Assembly: GCA_038845975.1 (NCBI GenBank)
Contig: JAWBQF010000008.1
Coordinates: 29,673-93,672, forward strand
Direction: 5' to 3'
Length of the DNA: 64,000 nucleotides
Origin: Candidatus Methanomethylicia archaeon
GTDB lineage: Archaea > Thermoproteota > Methanomethylicia > CALHIW01
The position numbers and the translations under genes were made by a program. This document shows, piece by piece, positions 62,860 to 64,000 of the stretch. Under the pieces are notes generated by a model. It was not told where the DNA came from and searched no databases. It saw only the letters and a program-made list of their open reading frames with translations. Numbering within the stretch: position 1 is the stretch's first letter; every line of letters begins with the position of its first letter.

Positions 62860-63804
62860 ATGAATAGTATTATAGTTACTGGTGGTGCTGGATTTATTGG
62901 TAGCTATATTGTAAGTTTTCTCTTAAATATTGGATATAAGGTTACTGTAATTGATAATTTATCAAGAGGATCCTTAAGGAATCTACAGGGAAATATTGGA
63001 AAAGAAAATTTTAAAATTTTAACCGAGGATGTTCGAAACCCAAATGTTCACAGCATTTTAAAGAAGGCTAAAGCTATAATTCACTTAGCAGCTCTAGTAT
63101 CAGTTGAAGAATCAATAGAGAATCCAATACTATACCATGATGTAAACGTTAACGGTACATTAAACCTACTTAATGGATATAAGGATAGTAGTGGTTTATT
63201 CATATACGTATCGTCAGCAGCTGTTTACGGAGAACCAATAGATCTTCCTTTAAGAGAGAATAGCTTACCGAGACCAGTATCGCCTTATGGGGTAAGTAAG
63301 CTTTGCGCAGAATACTACGTTAAAGTCTTTGGGGAAAACTATAATTTTAAAACGTTAATATTAAGGTTATTCAATGTATACGGTCCCAGGCAATGGAGGA
63401 ATCCGTATGCTGGAGTAATAAATAAGTTTATTGAAAACATATACTTAAACAAGCCATTAGCAATATATGGAAGTGGGGAGCAGACGAGAGACTTCATACA
63501 TGTAAGGGATGCTGCTAGGGCAATAGTTAGCACGTTAAATCTAGACTTAAGCGGTGAAGTTATAAATATAGCTTCAGGAAAGCCTACAAGAATAATTGAT
63601 CTTGCATTAAAGGTAAAGGATATAGCTGAGAAGAAGCTTAATAAGACAATAAGTATAGTCTATAGCAAATCAAAACCTGGAGATATAATGCATAGCTATG
63701 CATCAATAGAAAAATCCGAAAAACTACTTGGATTCAGGCCGGAAATAGATCTTAACAGTGGACTTAAAGAGCTTATAGATCAATATGAGTTAGAGAATAG
63801 ATGA
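62860..63804 (+). CDS. NAD-dependent sugar-nucleotide epimerase/dehydratase (GalE-like extended SDR)
   Basis: TGGAGFIG, HLAA, SSAAVYG, YGVSK, FNVYGP, RDFIHV. Confidence 0.93.
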   Translation: MNSIIVTGGAGFIGSYIVSFLLNIGYKVTVIDNLSRGSLRNLQGNIGKENFKILTEDVRNPNVHSILKKAKAIIHLAALVSVEESIENPILYHDVNVNGTLNLLNGYKDSSGLFIYVSSAAVYGEPIDLPLRENSLPRPVSPYGVSKLCAEYYVKVFGENYNFKTLILRLFNVYGPRQWRNPYAGVINKFIENIYLNKPLAIYGSGEQTRDFIHVRDAARAIVSTLNLDLSGEVINIASGKPTRIIDLALKVKDIAEKKLNKTISIVYSKSKPGDIMHSYASIEKSEKLLGFRPEIDLNSGLKELIDQYELENR

Positions 63805-63847
63805 TAATATGAGATTATCAAGGAAAGCAGTAAGATGCGATATCAAT

Positions 63848-64000
63848 GAACTCATTGCAAAACCCTTAGGTATATTATTATGCATGCTATTTGTATGAAT
63901 CCTAGGAATGTTGATGCTAGTCTTTCGTATCTTATGGTTATTCTTCTGAATGATGTTATCCATGAGAAGAATCTTTCAACAGCGCTCCTCATGCTCTTAT
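63848..64000. mobile_element. Left end of an element sharing the 60631 MITE TIR (runs off the window)
   Basis: GAACTCATTGCAAAAC is identical to 60631-60646 but followed by different internal sequence. Confidence 0.45.

Overview
Low-GC (roughly one-third GC by eye) archaeal chromosomal window. TATA-box promoters, apparently leaderless genes, protein disulfide oxidoreductase, AMP phosphorylase and an archaeal ATPase point to an anaerobic, probably thermophilic Thermoproteota-type archaeon (inference). Core genes: ilvB-ilvN-ilvC, 5-formyl-THF cyclo-ligase and gcvT, an 8-gene stand-alone Mrp/Mnh antiporter, tungstate ABC transporter (tupA convergent with tupBC), a HypD-like glycyl radical enzyme with its activase, leuA/leuB-like genes, UbiD decarboxylase, AMP phosphorylase, PDO/TrxR and a sugar-nucleotide epimerase. 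The intergenic DNA holds many dead mobile elements: several copies of a ~700-bp IS6-family element, a second IS6, an IS5/IS903-type, an IS1595-type and two MITE families. No rRNA, tRNA or CRISPR array was seen. The best candidate for an undescribed system is a CstA-family permease with two single-domain ArsA/Get3-family ATPases (one with a natural Asp->Asn at the catalytic switch I, neither with arsenite-binding Cys or the Get3 CxxC) and two small paralogous accessory proteins at 36.6-42.2 kb. The second candidate is a nucleotidyltransferase-fold / APC permease / metallophosphoesterase trio at 24.5-28.2 kb. All calls come from reading motifs by eye; no searches were run.
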